DNA of 64,000 nucleotides from an uncultured Gammaproteobacteria bacterium (GCA_964427735.1 CAYRUS010000001.1:356747-420746); one strand, 5' to 3'. Shown: positions 19,001 to 29,409, numbered from the stretch's first letter. Made by a program: numbers and translations. Notes: generated by a model not told the origin, from the sequence alone.

Positions 19001-20479
19001 TTATTTGAAGCTTTTTTTGATTTCTCTTCTGGCAGCGGCTGTCACTACAAACTCCAGCCAATCGCGATTAATTTGTCTTTTTTCTCTTGACTTAACTATC
19101 TCCACAACATTTCCACTCGAGAGTTTATAATTCAGCGGAACTATTTTCCCATTCACTTTAGCTGCTTTTATATATTTCCCTAATCCCGTATGAACAGTAT
19201 AAGCTAAATCAACCGGTGTGGCTCCCTTTGGCAAATCATAAACATCTCCTTTAGGGGTAAAAACAAATATTCTCTCTTTGAAGGCGTCAAATTTTACTGC
19301 ATTTAAAAACTCATCTGAGTCTTTTAATTCTTTTTGCCAAGCAACAAGCTGCTTTACCCAATTCAACTTTTCTTTTTTTACTTTTACCCCTTCTTCTTCT
19401 AGTTTATCTTCGGATATTCCTTTTGATTTTTCTTCAGAATAAGCCCAATGAGCTGCTACCCCGTGTTCCGCTTCCTGGTGCATTTTCTCGGTTCTAATTT
19501 GAACCTCGACAATTCTTCCATTTGGACCAAATACTTTTGTGTGTATAGATCTGTAACCGTTTGGCTTTGGTTGTGCAATAAAATCAGATATTCCTATACT
19601 TGGTACTGGTTTATACAAGTCATGAACAATCCCTAAAGCAACATAACACTCTGGCGTCTCATTTACTATAATCCTTAAAGCTACTATATCGTGGATTTTT
19701 TCAAACTCACCACTAATTCCTGGTCGTTCAAGCTTTTTCCAAAGCGAATAAATATGTTTTTTCCTTCCATGGATATTTGCTCTTATTCCTTCTGCTGCAA
19801 GTTTTTTTAGAATGGCTCTTCGTAATTTTTTTATATGCTCCTCTGCTTTTTTGTAATACTTAGCTGATTCTTTTTTAACTTTTCGATATTCTTTTGGGTA
19901 AAGATATGGAAAAGCCAAGTCTTCTAAATTGCCTTTAACCTCTCCAATGCCAAGGCGCTCTGCCAAAGGCGCATAAATTTCCATTGTCTCCAAAGCATTA
20001 TCTAGTTGCTTTTCTTCAGGTAATGCCCATAGAGTTTGCATATTGTGAAGTCTGTCTGCCATTTTAATTAGGACTACACGTACGTCTTTTGCCATGACCA
20101 ATAGCATTTTGCGCAAGTTTTCGACATAAGTCTTTTCTTTGCTTCCGCGAAGTCTGTACTCTGTAATTTTTTTTACACCTTTTACCAGTTTTACAACGTC
20201 TTTATCAAATTCCTTTTTCAGCTCTGACTCTGTCAAACCACCTTCTTGGATTGTGTCATGGAGTAAAGCTGCCATTATGGTGTTTTTATCTAACTTCCAA
20301 TGTGCAACTATTCTGGCAACTTTAAGTGCATGTTGAGCAACAGGCTTACCCGATAATCTTTTTTGGTTTTTGTGTACTTTTTGGGCATACTCCCAGGCAT
20401 GGGTAATTTCTTCAATATCTTTTGAACCAACGTCGTTACCCTTCAAAGTAACAACCAATTTTTCAAAATCTTTTTCCAT
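19001..20479 (-). CDS. RelA/SpoT-family (p)ppGpp synthetase/hydrolase (compact, 492 aa)
   Basis: HD hydrolase motif (HALKVARIV...LLHDTIQ). Synthetase core YRSIHTKV...VEVQIRT. C-terminal TGS-like segment. No ACT domain. Confidence 0.85.
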   Translation of the reverse strand: MEKDFEKLVVTLKGNDVGSKDIEEITHAWEYAQKVHKNQKRLSGKPVAQHALKVARIVAHWKLDKNTIMAALLHDTIQEGGLTESELKKEFDKDVVKLVKGVKKITEYRLRGSKEKTYVENLRKMLLVMAKDVRVVLIKMADRLHNMQTLWALPEEKQLDNALETMEIYAPLAERLGIGEVKGNLEDLAFPYLYPKEYRKVKKESAKYYKKAEEHIKKLRRAILKKLAAEGIRANIHGRKKHIYSLWKKLERPGISGEFEKIHDIVALRIIVNETPECYVALGIVHDLYKPVPSIGISDFIAQPKPNGYRSIHTKVFGPNGRIVEVQIRTEKMHQEAEHGVAAHWAYSEEKSKGISEDKLEEEGVKVKKEKLNWVKQLVAWQKELKDSDEFLNAVKFDAFKERIFVFTPKGDVYDLPKGATPVDLAYTVHTGLGKYIKAAKVNGKIVPLNYKLSSGNVVEIVKSREKRQINRDWLEFVVTAAARREIKKSFK

Positions 20480-20480
20480 A

Positions 20481-22139
20481 TCAGCCCGATATCTTAATAT
20501 CTTTTATTTTAAGCTGTAAACTCCTTGCTCCGTTAAACAAGTTTTCCTCTAATGAGTATGCAATATCAACAACTGCATCCTTTTTAAGGGTAGCTGACAT
20601 CTCTCCAAAATTAAATGCAATTGCTTCCATTGGAAAACTATTTTGCCAAAGCACTAACTTTAGATGTTTCTTTTCTTGTCCTACAGATCTTGATTCTAAA
20701 ATTCTGACTTTTGTGGATGAAAAAGTAGGTGATGGATTACCTAAACCAACTGGTTCAAATATCTTCAAAGCCGTTTCTAATTCCCAGTTTAATTGACTAA
20801 AGTCCAAATTTATATCAATCTTTAATTCTCTTGAAAGTATTTCGCTTGTTATCATCTTATTGCAAACTAATGTAAATTCTTCAATAAATTTATCCAAGTT
20901 GCTTGTTTTGATTGTAAATCCCGCTGCCATCGTGTGGCCCCCTCCTTGTTCTATAATTCCATTTAACTGCCTAATCGCTTCAATTATATTGAAACCAGAA
21001 ATTGATCTAGCAGAGGCTTTAGAGATATCTTTTCCCTTCGTGATTACAATAGAGGGTCTGTAAAATTCTTCAACTAATCGAGAAGCTGCTAAACCTATTA
21101 TTCCTTCGTGGTAATCTTCATTAGCAATTATTATTGGTCCATTATCAGTTAATACTACGTTTTCTCTTGCATGAAGTACCACTTCTTCAACAACACTTTG
21201 GCGTTCTTTATTTGTTTTGGAAAGCAAATACGAGAGTTCTCTTGCTTTGTTTTCTGACTTTGTACACAAAAGCCTTAAAGAGTCCATCGCGTGCTTCATT
21301 CTGCCCATTGCGTTTAATCTAGGAGCAATCATAAATCCAATATGATAAGCGTTTAATTTGTCTTTTTGGAATCCTGAGTCATTGTATAGCGCATCTAACC
21401 CTGGACGTGTACTTTTCCTAAGTTCCTTTATACCAAACTTTGCAAAACTCCTATTCACACCAACAAGCGGCATCATATCTGAAACAGTACCAATAGCAGC
21501 TAATTCCAATCCATTATTTACTTTTTCCTCTTTTGAAAAAGCTCTATATATCTCACGCGCAACTATCCATGCTAAAGCTGAACCACTAACTTTTGTTGTG
21601 TGAACAACTGAATATGCTTCAGGTGGATATTCACCAATCTGATGATGGTCTGTCACGATTACATCAATCCCCAGATTTTGTATTTTTTCAATTTCCTTAT
21701 TTGCAACTATTCCATTATCAACAGTTATAATTAAAGAAATTTTCTTATCATTTTTATTTAAATTTTTTACACTCTTAAAATTTATTCCATATCCTTCACT
21801 AAATCTATTAGGCAAATATGGTAAAGCTTCAATCTTTAATAAATACAAACACTCCCATAAAATTGCTGTTGCAGTAACTCCATCAGCATCATAATCTCCG
21901 TAAATAATAACTCTTTCACCTTTTTCTTTTGCAGCTTTAATTCTTTCTATTAGTTTAAGAATTTGTTTTTTGTTAATATCTAAAGCTCCCAAAGAAATAT
22001 CCTTAGGGTGGGTGGGGTTAGTAAACTCACTCTTCTCAGATTCACTTACCAAGCCTCGATTTGTAAGTAAAGTATCCACAATTTCCTCTGTGGTTAGCTT
22101 TGGATTATCTTTTTTCTCTGATAATATTTTCCAATTCAT
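20481..22139 (-). CDS. recJ: single-stranded-DNA-specific exonuclease RecJ
   Basis: DHH motifs YGDYDADGVTATAIL, ITVDNG, IVTDHH. DHHA1 region GGGHTMAAGF. Confidence 0.85.
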   Translation of the reverse strand: MNWKILSEKKDNPKLTTEEIVDTLLTNRGLVSESEKSEFTNPTHPKDISLGALDINKKQILKLIERIKAAKEKGERVIIYGDYDADGVTATAILWECLYLLKIEALPYLPNRFSEGYGINFKSVKNLNKNDKKISLIITVDNGIVANKEIEKIQNLGIDVIVTDHHQIGEYPPEAYSVVHTTKVSGSALAWIVAREIYRAFSKEEKVNNGLELAAIGTVSDMMPLVGVNRSFAKFGIKELRKSTRPGLDALYNDSGFQKDKLNAYHIGFMIAPRLNAMGRMKHAMDSLRLLCTKSENKARELSYLLSKTNKERQSVVEEVVLHARENVVLTDNGPIIIANEDYHEGIIGLAASRLVEEFYRPSIVITKGKDISKASARSISGFNIIEAIRQLNGIIEQGGGHTMAAGFTIKTSNLDKFIEEFTLVCNKMITSEILSRELKIDINLDFSQLNWELETALKIFEPVGLGNPSPTFSSTKVRILESRSVGQEKKHLKLVLWQNSFPMEAIAFNFGEMSATLKKDAVVDIAYSLEENLFNGARSLQLKIKDIKISG

Positions 22140-22157
22140 AATAAATTTGTCTAATCA

Positions 22158-23561
22158 ATGACTACACTCTATCGTATAATAGAAACAATGGAAATAGCAT
22201 TAGATGATTTTGTAATAGAAATTATTAAAACTTTTGAACAATCCAACTATGAAATATATATTGTTGGCGGTGCTGTTAGGGATATTTTAACAGGCCGACC
22301 AGTCTATGATTGGGACTTTACTACAAATGCAAGACCAGAGCAAATACTTGAACTTTTTCCAGATAATAGTTTTTACGATAACAAATTTGGAACCGTGGGT
22401 ATATCGCACGAATCAAGCCCAAAACCTTATGAAATCACGACATATCGCACCGAGTATGGATATTCAGACTCAAGACGACCAGACAAAGTAGAGTGGGGAA
22501 ATTCGCTAGAAGAAGATTTAAAAAGACGCGACTTCACTATAAACGCTATGGCTTTGAAACCATCATCAACTAAACCGCAGAAAGATGGTAAATATACAGT
22601 AGAATTGATTGACCCCCACAATGGTCAAGAAGATCTAAATAATAAATTAATTAGGGCAGTTGGAAATATCAATGAACGTTTTAGAGAAGATGCACTAAGA
22701 ATGATGAGAGCAATCAGGTTTGCGGCTGAATTAGGATTCACGATAGAAGAAAACACATTTAAAGCTATTCAAGAAGATGCTGACTTAATAAACAAAATTG
22801 CTAAAGAAAGAATTAAAATAGAACTCATGAAAATTCTAGGATCAGCAAATCCTTATGAGGGAATGGTTATGTTTAGAGAATCGGGTTTAATGAAAGAAAT
22901 TCTTCCTGAGCTAGAAGCAACTTTTGGAGTAGAACAAAAGTCACCAGGTAGACATCATATTTATGATGTAGGTACACATAGCCTTCTTTCACTCAAACAT
23001 TGCCCAAGCAAAGACCCAATAGTACGTTTTGCCTGCCTAATCCATGATATTGGTAAACCACAAACCTTCAAAAAATTAGAAAGCGGAACAATTACTTTTT
23101 ATAATCACGAAGTTGTAGGAGCTAAAATTGCCAGAAGAATTGCAAACCGGTTGAGATTCTCCAAAAAAGAAACCGAAAAGCTAGTAAAACTCGTGCGGTG
23201 GCATCAATTTACAGTAGACGAAGATCAGAGTGATAAATCTATCAGGAGGTTTATAAAAAGAGTTGGAAAGGAAAATATTCAAGATATGTTAGACCTGAGG
23301 ACAGGGGACAGGCTAGGTAGTGGGGCAAGAGAAACGTCATGGAGGACAGAAGAATTTAAACAAAGATTGATAGAAGTTCAAAAGCAGCCTTTTAGTATTA
23401 AAGACCTTAAAGTTACAGGTAATGATGTAATGGAAATACTGGAGATTAAACCTGGTCCGAAAGTCGGGGAAATTTTAAATAATATTTTTGAAGAAGTAGA
23501 GGATAATAAGTTACCAAATGAAAGGGAGGCATTAATTGAAAAAATAAAGGAATTGAAGTAA
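22158..23561 (+). CDS. cca: CCA-adding tRNA nucleotidyltransferase with HD domain
   Basis: Pol-beta NTase head IVGGAVRDIL...D.D. RRDFTINAMA. HD motif LIHDIGK. Confidence 0.85.
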   Translation: MTTLYRIIETMEIALDDFVIEIIKTFEQSNYEIYIVGGAVRDILTGRPVYDWDFTTNARPEQILELFPDNSFYDNKFGTVGISHESSPKPYEITTYRTEYGYSDSRRPDKVEWGNSLEEDLKRRDFTINAMALKPSSTKPQKDGKYTVELIDPHNGQEDLNNKLIRAVGNINERFREDALRMMRAIRFAAELGFTIEENTFKAIQEDADLINKIAKERIKIELMKILGSANPYEGMVMFRESGLMKEILPELEATFGVEQKSPGRHHIYDVGTHSLLSLKHCPSKDPIVRFACLIHDIGKPQTFKKLESGTITFYNHEVVGAKIARRIANRLRFSKKETEKLVKLVRWHQFTVDEDQSDKSIRRFIKRVGKENIQDMLDLRTGDRLGSGARETSWRTEEFKQRLIEVQKQPFSIKDLKVTGNDVMEILEIKPGPKVGEILNNIFEEVEDNKLPNEREALIEKIKELK

Positions 23562-23563
23562 GT

Positions 23564-24160
23564 ATGGAAGATTATTCAATCGATATTTTTCAGATCAACC
23601 CCTCAAAAGAAAGAGTATTTCAATCAATTCTAAACTTGTCAACTTATCATGAGGGACAAAAAGTCACATTAGATGAGCTCATTTTTGAAAATGGAGTTAT
23701 GTTGGATTTAGGCTGTGGTAGTGGAGAAATAGGATTGTTATTATCAAAAAGAAAGCAAGCCGCAAAACTTTTCCAGGCAGATATACAGGATAGAAGAGAA
23801 AGTGTTGCAAAGACAGACTCTTTTATTAAACTTCCCAGGAATATCCCTCCTGAATTTCAGGACAAACTTTTCGGTTCAATTGATACAATTTTACTAGTAG
23901 ATGTCCTGGACAAAGTAGGCTACTCTCATTTGACCAAACAGGAATCTCAAGTAATCTTACTTAAAACTTTACACGAACTGTTAAGTGAAAATGGGAAAAT
24001 TATAGTTATATCTCAGAGGGAGTCAAATGTTCATAGCTTGCAAACAAGCCAGATCATCGAGCAAGTAATGCAATATGAGAAGTTAAGACCAGTGGTAGCC
24101 TTTTTCCCAAATCCTATATCAGAAAGTCAAAGTCTAAAAGAAAAAATAAAATTAGGTTAA
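23564..24160 (+). CDS. class I SAM-dependent methyltransferase (probable)
   Basis: Motif I MLDLGCGSGEIG. Translationally coupled 2 bp after cca. Confidence 0.5.
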   Translation: MEDYSIDIFQINPSKERVFQSILNLSTYHEGQKVTLDELIFENGVMLDLGCGSGEIGLLLSKRKQAAKLFQADIQDRRESVAKTDSFIKLPRNIPPEFQDKLFGSIDTILLVDVLDKVGYSHLTKQESQVILLKTLHELLSENGKIIVISQRESNVHSLQTSQIIEQVMQYEKLRPVVAFFPNPISESQSLKEKIKLG

Positions 24161-24163
24161 TTG

Positions 24164-25081
24164 TTATTTTTTAAATGGAAGTAATAATTTAGGTCTTAAA
24201 GCTATATCCTTTTCTTTAACTTTATTAATTGCCTCTTTAATTGTCACCAATAGTGGAACTGCCACAAAGGGAGAAGAGTATGTCCCCAATATTGTTCCAA
24301 TTAATAATGCAGTTGCAAACCAGCGAATCGAAACTCCCCCCATAAGCACTAAAGCAACAAGCATAAAAATAATAGTAAATGAGTTATTTAGAGATCTTAC
24401 CATTGTCTCTGATACTGCTCTGTTAGCAAGATACTCTATACTACCTCCTTCTTTTTTCTGAAGTTCTCTAATCCTGTCAAAAACGACAATAGTGTCATGA
24501 ACAGAAAAAGATAAAGTAGTTAAAAGAGCAGTAACGAACAGAAAATCAATTTCAGCTCCAAAAAAGTAGCCAAGATAAGCAAAGGATCCGATCAAAATAA
24601 AACTATCATGAAACATCGCAAGTACAGCGGCAGTACCAAAAACTAAGCTTTTGAACTGATAAGCAATCCATAAAAGTATTGCGATAGAAGCAATGGCTAT
24701 TGCATTAGTAGTTTTCTTTATTAGCTCTGGTCCTACGGTTGGGCCAACAGTCTCAACGCTAAGTCTTTCAGTGTTTTTGTCACTTAAATTATTAATTTTA
24801 GAATCCATTTTATTTACGGCTTCAGTATCTAAAACTTCGGTGTATATAAAATATGTATTCTCTGACGACTTCTGGACTTTTTGGACAACTATGCCTTCTT
24901 CTTCTAAGGCAGTTGTGATATTTTCGGTTGAGGTTTCTCCTTCAATTCGGTACTCAAGTACTGTACCTCCGCTAAAATCTACTCCTAAATTTAATCCCCA
25001 TTTAAGTAAACCAAATGCACTTAAAGCAATTAAAATTGCGGAAAACAAGAAATATACGTATTTGTATTTATTCCAATTCAT
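24164..25081 (-). CDS. secF: protein translocase subunit SecF
   Basis: Six-TM SecD/SecF family signature. Immediately downstream of secD. Confidence 0.85.
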   Translation of the reverse strand: MNWNKYKYVYFLFSAILIALSAFGLLKWGLNLGVDFSGGTVLEYRIEGETSTENITTALEEEGIVVQKVQKSSENTYFIYTEVLDTEAVNKMDSKINNLSDKNTERLSVETVGPTVGPELIKKTTNAIAIASIAILLWIAYQFKSLVFGTAAVLAMFHDSFILIGSFAYLGYFFGAEIDFLFVTALLTTLSFSVHDTIVVFDRIRELQKKEGGSIEYLANRAVSETMVRSLNNSFTIIFMLVALVLMGGVSIRWFATALLIGTILGTYSSPFVAVPLLVTIKEAINKVKEKDIALRPKLLLPFKK

Positions 25082-25083
25082 AA

Positions 25084-26415
25084 TTATCTTCTCACAAAAA
25101 CCCTTAACAAATTTCGTGATACAAAAACACCTGTAAAAATACTAATTAAAATTCCCAATGCTAATGTTATAGCAAAACCTCGCACAGGTCCTGACGTATG
25201 CAAAAAAGACCAATCCAGTGGATTAGCCAAGATAAACGCCGTAACAAGAGTCGCAATATTCGCATCTCTAATTGAATCCCATGCCCTTCCAAACGAAACT
25301 TCTAGCGCATCAGCATATGGACGAAACTGCTTTTCTTCTTTGAATCGTTCAAAGATGAGAATATTAGCATCAACTGCCATACCAACAGATAGTAAAAATC
25401 CTGCAATTCCCGGCAACGTGAGAACAATTGGAATCAATTTATATAAAGAAAGTGTTATAACTCCAAATATAATAAGTCCTACGCAAGCAATCAATCCCAA
25501 TCCTCCATAAGACAGTATCATAAACAACAAAACCATAATAAGACCAATTAGTCCTGCTCTGATACTTTTTTCAACTGAATCTGCTCCTAATGCGGCTCCT
25601 ACAGTTCTTTGTTCCACCAAATCAATAGACAAGGGAAGCGCTCCTGCGTTTAACTGAATGGTCAATTCCTTTGCTTCCTCAGTTGTAAAATCACCGCTGA
25701 TAAGTGCGGGACCACCTGTAATTTTCTCCTGAACAACAGGAGCAGACACTACTTGTCCATCAAGAAATATAACCAGGGGCTTGCCTATATTCTTTTCTGT
25801 TAAGTTTGCAAATTTTTCTGTTCCTTCTTCTGTAAAATCTATTGATACAGCAGGTCTTCCTGTTGTTGGATCAAATATTACATTTGCACTTTTTAAATCA
25901 GAACCAGTCAAATCAGTATTTACAAAACCTGAGTCTTCCTCACTATCTGACTCAGATATCTCAGAAAAAACAAGCTGTGCTGTTGTTCCAATTAAATTAA
26001 CAGCTTCTTGAGGATCATTAATTCCTGGAAGTTCCACAATGATTCTCTTTTTACCTTCAAATGAAGAGGTTTGAACATTAGGTTCAGAAACACCAAATAA
26101 GTTAACTCTTCTCTCAATTACATTTCTTGCTGATTCAACTGCAATGTCTACCTCTTCAGCGGGAATTCCTGAGGTGTTCGCTTCAAATACTAAATGACTG
26201 CCTCCAGCTAAATCTAAACCTAATGCTAAGTCAAACTTTTTATTAATATTTAGTTTTCCTTTTTGAATTACTAAATCAGGTCTGACAATTTGTTTACTAA
26301 TTTCCTTTCCCGCAAAAGAGAAATTAAGAGGAATCGTTTTAGGCATACTTATAATTGCAGCTAGTATGCTAATCGTGACAATAATAATAAAATTTCTTAA
26401 TATTTTTTTCTCCAT
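25084..26415 (-). CDS. secD: protein translocase subunit SecD
   Basis: N-terminal TM, large periplasmic domain, C-terminal six-TM SecD/F domain (LIGLIMVLLFMIL...). Confidence 0.85.
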   Translation of the reverse strand: MEKKILRNFIIIVTISILAAIISMPKTIPLNFSFAGKEISKQIVRPDLVIQKGKLNINKKFDLALGLDLAGGSHLVFEANTSGIPAEEVDIAVESARNVIERRVNLFGVSEPNVQTSSFEGKKRIIVELPGINDPQEAVNLIGTTAQLVFSEISESDSEEDSGFVNTDLTGSDLKSANVIFDPTTGRPAVSIDFTEEGTEKFANLTEKNIGKPLVIFLDGQVVSAPVVQEKITGGPALISGDFTTEEAKELTIQLNAGALPLSIDLVEQRTVGAALGADSVEKSIRAGLIGLIMVLLFMILSYGGLGLIACVGLIIFGVITLSLYKLIPIVLTLPGIAGFLLSVGMAVDANILIFERFKEEKQFRPYADALEVSFGRAWDSIRDANIATLVTAFILANPLDWSFLHTSGPVRGFAITLALGILISIFTGVFVSRNLLRVFVRR

Positions 26416-26419
26416 AAAA

Positions 26420-27004
26420 TCAACTTACCAGAGATTCTTCGTCACCAATAATCATCACCCTACTTTCGGCAAAAATGGAGAGTAAAAACGGATCTCTTCT
26501 TTTTTTCCTAAACTCAAACTCTTCACGACTCATTACTGTGTAGTTAATCTCGTGCTTTCTCTTTGATTCTTCTTTACTTATGTAAGTAGATAGTTCGGGT
26601 AAAATTACATCTCCTACAACCAATATATCGACATCGTCTTCTCTTTTTCTTTCTATTCTTCTTACGAATCTACCTGAAAACATTACAAAATTAATTCTCC
26701 CGATTTTTTTCCTGTTCTGTATTATATCTAACCCTATACCCACTGATTTTGCTGCAATTGATAAAAAATCACAAAAAAAAGGATAGTCTGGCCTCGCCCA
26801 GTAGTATACTCTATTGCCTCTTTTTTCCTTTTTTATAACACCTGCTACCTCGAGGTTATTTAATTCTCTTCGAACTGCATTTATTTCAACACCAATTTTC
26901 CTGCAAACACCACGAACATGATACATTTCAGTTATATCTGAGTAAAACAACTCTATTAGTTTGGCTCGTACTTTTGAAGTGGTAATGTCTGAAAAATCCG
27001 GCAT
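26420..27004 (-). CDS. winged-HTH domain fused to a minimal nucleotidyltransferase-like domain (hypothetical regulator)
   Basis: N-terminal wHTH (VRGVCRKIGVEINAVRRELNNLEVAGVI). C-terminal FSGRFVRR...EDDVDILVVGD fits the Pol-beta-superfamily NTase hG[GS]...DxD pattern. Confidence 0.4.
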   Translation of the reverse strand: MPDFSDITTSKVRAKLIELFYSDITEMYHVRGVCRKIGVEINAVRRELNNLEVAGVIKKEKRGNRVYYWARPDYPFFCDFLSIAAKSVGIGLDIIQNRKKIGRINFVMFSGRFVRRIERKREDDVDILVVGDVILPELSTYISKEESKRKHEINYTVMSREEFEFRKKRRDPFLLSIFAESRVMIIGDEESLVS

Positions 27005-27031
27005 TATATTTATACAAAGGCAGGACTTTTT

Positions 27032-28249
27032 TTAATAATCTACTTTGTTCCCATCGGGAAGAGCTTCAATCCAGGTTACTCCGCGAACAAACTCAATCTC
27101 CCTGCCTTGATTATCGTAAAATATAGTTCTTGCCGATTGGTTGGTTTTCTCCCATGTTCCTGTTACAACATCTCCATTTTGAAACAATATCATGTCACCT
27201 TTTGATATCACATTATAGAACATATGCTTTTCCTCATCTACAGGACCTCGCTCTTCAACAAATTGTATTACTATATTTTTTGCTGTAAGTTGTTCATCTG
27301 TATCCATATCTATATGAGGTTGATTTCCATGATATCTCTTATAGCTATTTGAGGCACTGTCGTACTCCCAAGTAACATCATAATTAGGCATGCCATTCCA
27401 GAACATAAATGATATTCTTGAAGCTTTTGGGTTCGCCATTGGACTCTCATCTTTAAATTTCCATTTTCTAAAATTTTCAATCCAAGCTTCTCCGTCTGCA
27501 TTTTCATATCCGAAGCCTCTCTCAGCACCTACTTCATACAGTTTATCTGTTGATCCCATAAATGTATGCTCAGTTGCAGCTCCTGGAATCCTTTCATAAT
27601 CTCTCCAAACTTCAGGGAAACCAACATTAGCTCCTGCATCAAGAGCATTTCCTTTAGCATGACGCCATCCTAGATTTATTAATTCTTCTAATGCCAAAAC
27701 TTCCTTTGCTACTTTTCCTTTCTCTTTAACTCCTCCTGGGCAGTTACCACAAATGTTATTTGCTCCTCCTGCGTGCAAATACAAAGGGGAGTCATATTCA
27801 GATGCCCAATTTATAAAGTATATTCGAGCACTTCTTATTGGACCAATTCTTACATCTTTGTCAGCAGCATCACAATAAAAAACAGAAGCAAAGCGTGTTA
27901 TTCCTCCTTCAGCCACTGCCTCATAGATAATATCTGCTTGGGAAAGTCCTGATTGAGGTCTTGAATCCAAATGATTCTCAATCATTGCTACAAGTGGTCT
28001 TCTTTGCTCCCAGATAGCTTCTTCTGCTTTCGTAAACATATCTCCGTTAGTTGGACATTCCTGCGTTTTTGGAGCATCTGAGATTTGCGAACGGGCATCT
28101 GCAAGATCTCCATTAAATGCAAACCCAGGATCCTGCCTAATAAATGAAAACAATGCAAGACTTATTCCAGCAGATAGCAGATACAACCCCAAAAATCCTG
28201 CAAAATACATGAATTTGGAAGATGAAAATATTTTTGATAGGTTATTCAT
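27032..28249 (-). CDS. secreted/anchored hypothetical protein (possibly DUF3048-like)
   Basis: N-terminal signal anchor. 405 aa. No catalytic motif. Family guess is from memory only. Confidence 0.35.
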   Translation of the reverse strand: MNNLSKIFSSSKFMYFAGFLGLYLLSAGISLALFSFIRQDPGFAFNGDLADARSQISDAPKTQECPTNGDMFTKAEEAIWEQRRPLVAMIENHLDSRPQSGLSQADIIYEAVAEGGITRFASVFYCDAADKDVRIGPIRSARIYFINWASEYDSPLYLHAGGANNICGNCPGGVKEKGKVAKEVLALEELINLGWRHAKGNALDAGANVGFPEVWRDYERIPGAATEHTFMGSTDKLYEVGAERGFGYENADGEAWIENFRKWKFKDESPMANPKASRISFMFWNGMPNYDVTWEYDSASNSYKRYHGNQPHIDMDTDEQLTAKNIVIQFVEERGPVDEEKHMFYNVISKGDMILFQNGDVVTGTWEKTNQSARTIFYDNQGREIEFVRGVTWIEALPDGNKVDY

Positions 28250-28251
28250 AT

Positions 28252-28698
28252 TTATATTGCTTTATCAATTGCTTGCTGCTCTTCTTTACTCAATTCTAAA
28301 TTACTTTTTCCGGCTTTTACATCTTTTATGTATATTCTGGTTCTCTCTCGTGTGTGTAAACAAGTAATTAGTACTCCAGTCAATTTGCCATCTAATAATG
28401 ATAATGTAAAGCTGTGATCTCCACCTGTTTCCGCAAAAGGATTATATCTCACAAGTCCAACCTTTTGTATGTGATTCTCTGTACGATTCTCCAGTGATAC
28501 AAGCCTTTTAAGCAGCAACTTTTGATCTTGGTAGTTTTTGTCGCCTTTTTTGATTGCTTCGTTTAATACCGTTATAAAGCCTTTCTTATTAGTATCTTTT
28601 GAAAGCTTTCTTATTGTTGAAAATATATACAAAAGTATACCAGTTACTACGACTAACCAAACAAATACAATTATTAAAGAAACTGCGTATAAAGACAT
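28252..28698 (-). CDS. small membrane-anchored protein (DUF4446-like)
   Basis: N-terminal TM; conserved-looking core LVRYNPFAETGGDHSFTLSLLD...GVLITCLHTRERTRIY. A TTACTAACTAATTAGTAA palindrome sits just upstream of the start. Confidence 0.4.
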   Translation of the reverse strand: MSLYAVSLIIVFVWLVVVTGILLYIFSTIRKLSKDTNKKGFITVLNEAIKKGDKNYQDQKLLLKRLVSLENRTENHIQKVGLVRYNPFAETGGDHSFTLSLLDGKLTGVLITCLHTRERTRIYIKDVKAGKSNLELSKEEQQAIDKAI

Positions 28699-28936
28699 AT
28701 ATAGACTTTTTTCATTGTAAATTTTACTAACTAATTAGTAAAGGAAACAAAATGCTCAATTATTGTACTCAGATTACTTTCAGCATGTCAACACTTAGGT
28801 ATTAAACTTTTTTCCTCAACTTACCTATAAACGATAATTATTATTCTAAAATTTAATGACACGACAAAACCTTACAGACCTAACTTTACTTATGTTAATC
28901 GATTTTATAAAAACAATATAGTATCATTGGTTTCAA

Positions 28937-29209
28937 ATGGCAAAAAAAAGCAAAAAAAGTGTACGCCATCCATTCCTCGTAAATTGGGATGAAATCAACA
29001 AAGAAAGCACTAATAACAAGCCTGTCAAGAGGAAAATTAAAAATTCTCCTATAAAAAATGCAAATAATACAAAAACCCCTAAAAAAACCATAAAACTGGA
29101 CAATCTAAACAGTTCAGCCTCAATCAAGCGTGAGGTTTTAAAAAGCCTTATGTTTGCCTCAGTAATTCTCGCACTAGAATTGGTGATATACTTTAGCTTG
29201 CAGGCATGA
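28937..29209 (+). CDS. Lys-rich small protein with C-terminal TM helix, hypothetical
   Basis: ORF; highly basic N-terminal 60 aa, then a hydrophobic tail. Confidence 0.35.
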   Translation: MAKKSKKSVRHPFLVNWDEINKESTNNKPVKRKIKNSPIKNANNTKTPKKTIKLDNLNSSASIKREVLKSLMFASVILALELVIYFSLQA

Positions 29210-29251
29210 GATTAAAAATTGTCTGCCTATTTGAAGGGGGTGAGTTTATAA

Positions 29252-29392
29252 ATGATGTACTGTGTTAAATGCCGCGACAAAAGAGAAGGCAAGAACAAAG
29301 AAGAGGTTACTATGAAAAATGGTAAACCTGCTACAAAAGCTGTTTGTGAAGTTTGTGGCACAACAATGTTTAAGATCGGTAAAGCAAAATAA
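29252..29392 (+). CDS. 46-aa zinc-ribbon protein (CxxC...CxxC), absent from the ORF track
   Basis: MMYCVKCRDKREGKNKEEVTMKNGKPATKAVCEVCGTTMFKIGKAK. Strong SD AAGGGGGTGA 8 nt upstream. Two CxxC pairs. Followed by a compound hairpin. Confidence 0.5.
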   Translation: MMYCVKCRDKREGKNKEEVTMKNGKPATKAVCEVCGTTMFKIGKAK

Positions 29393-29409
29393 CCGATTTA
29401 AGCAAAAAT

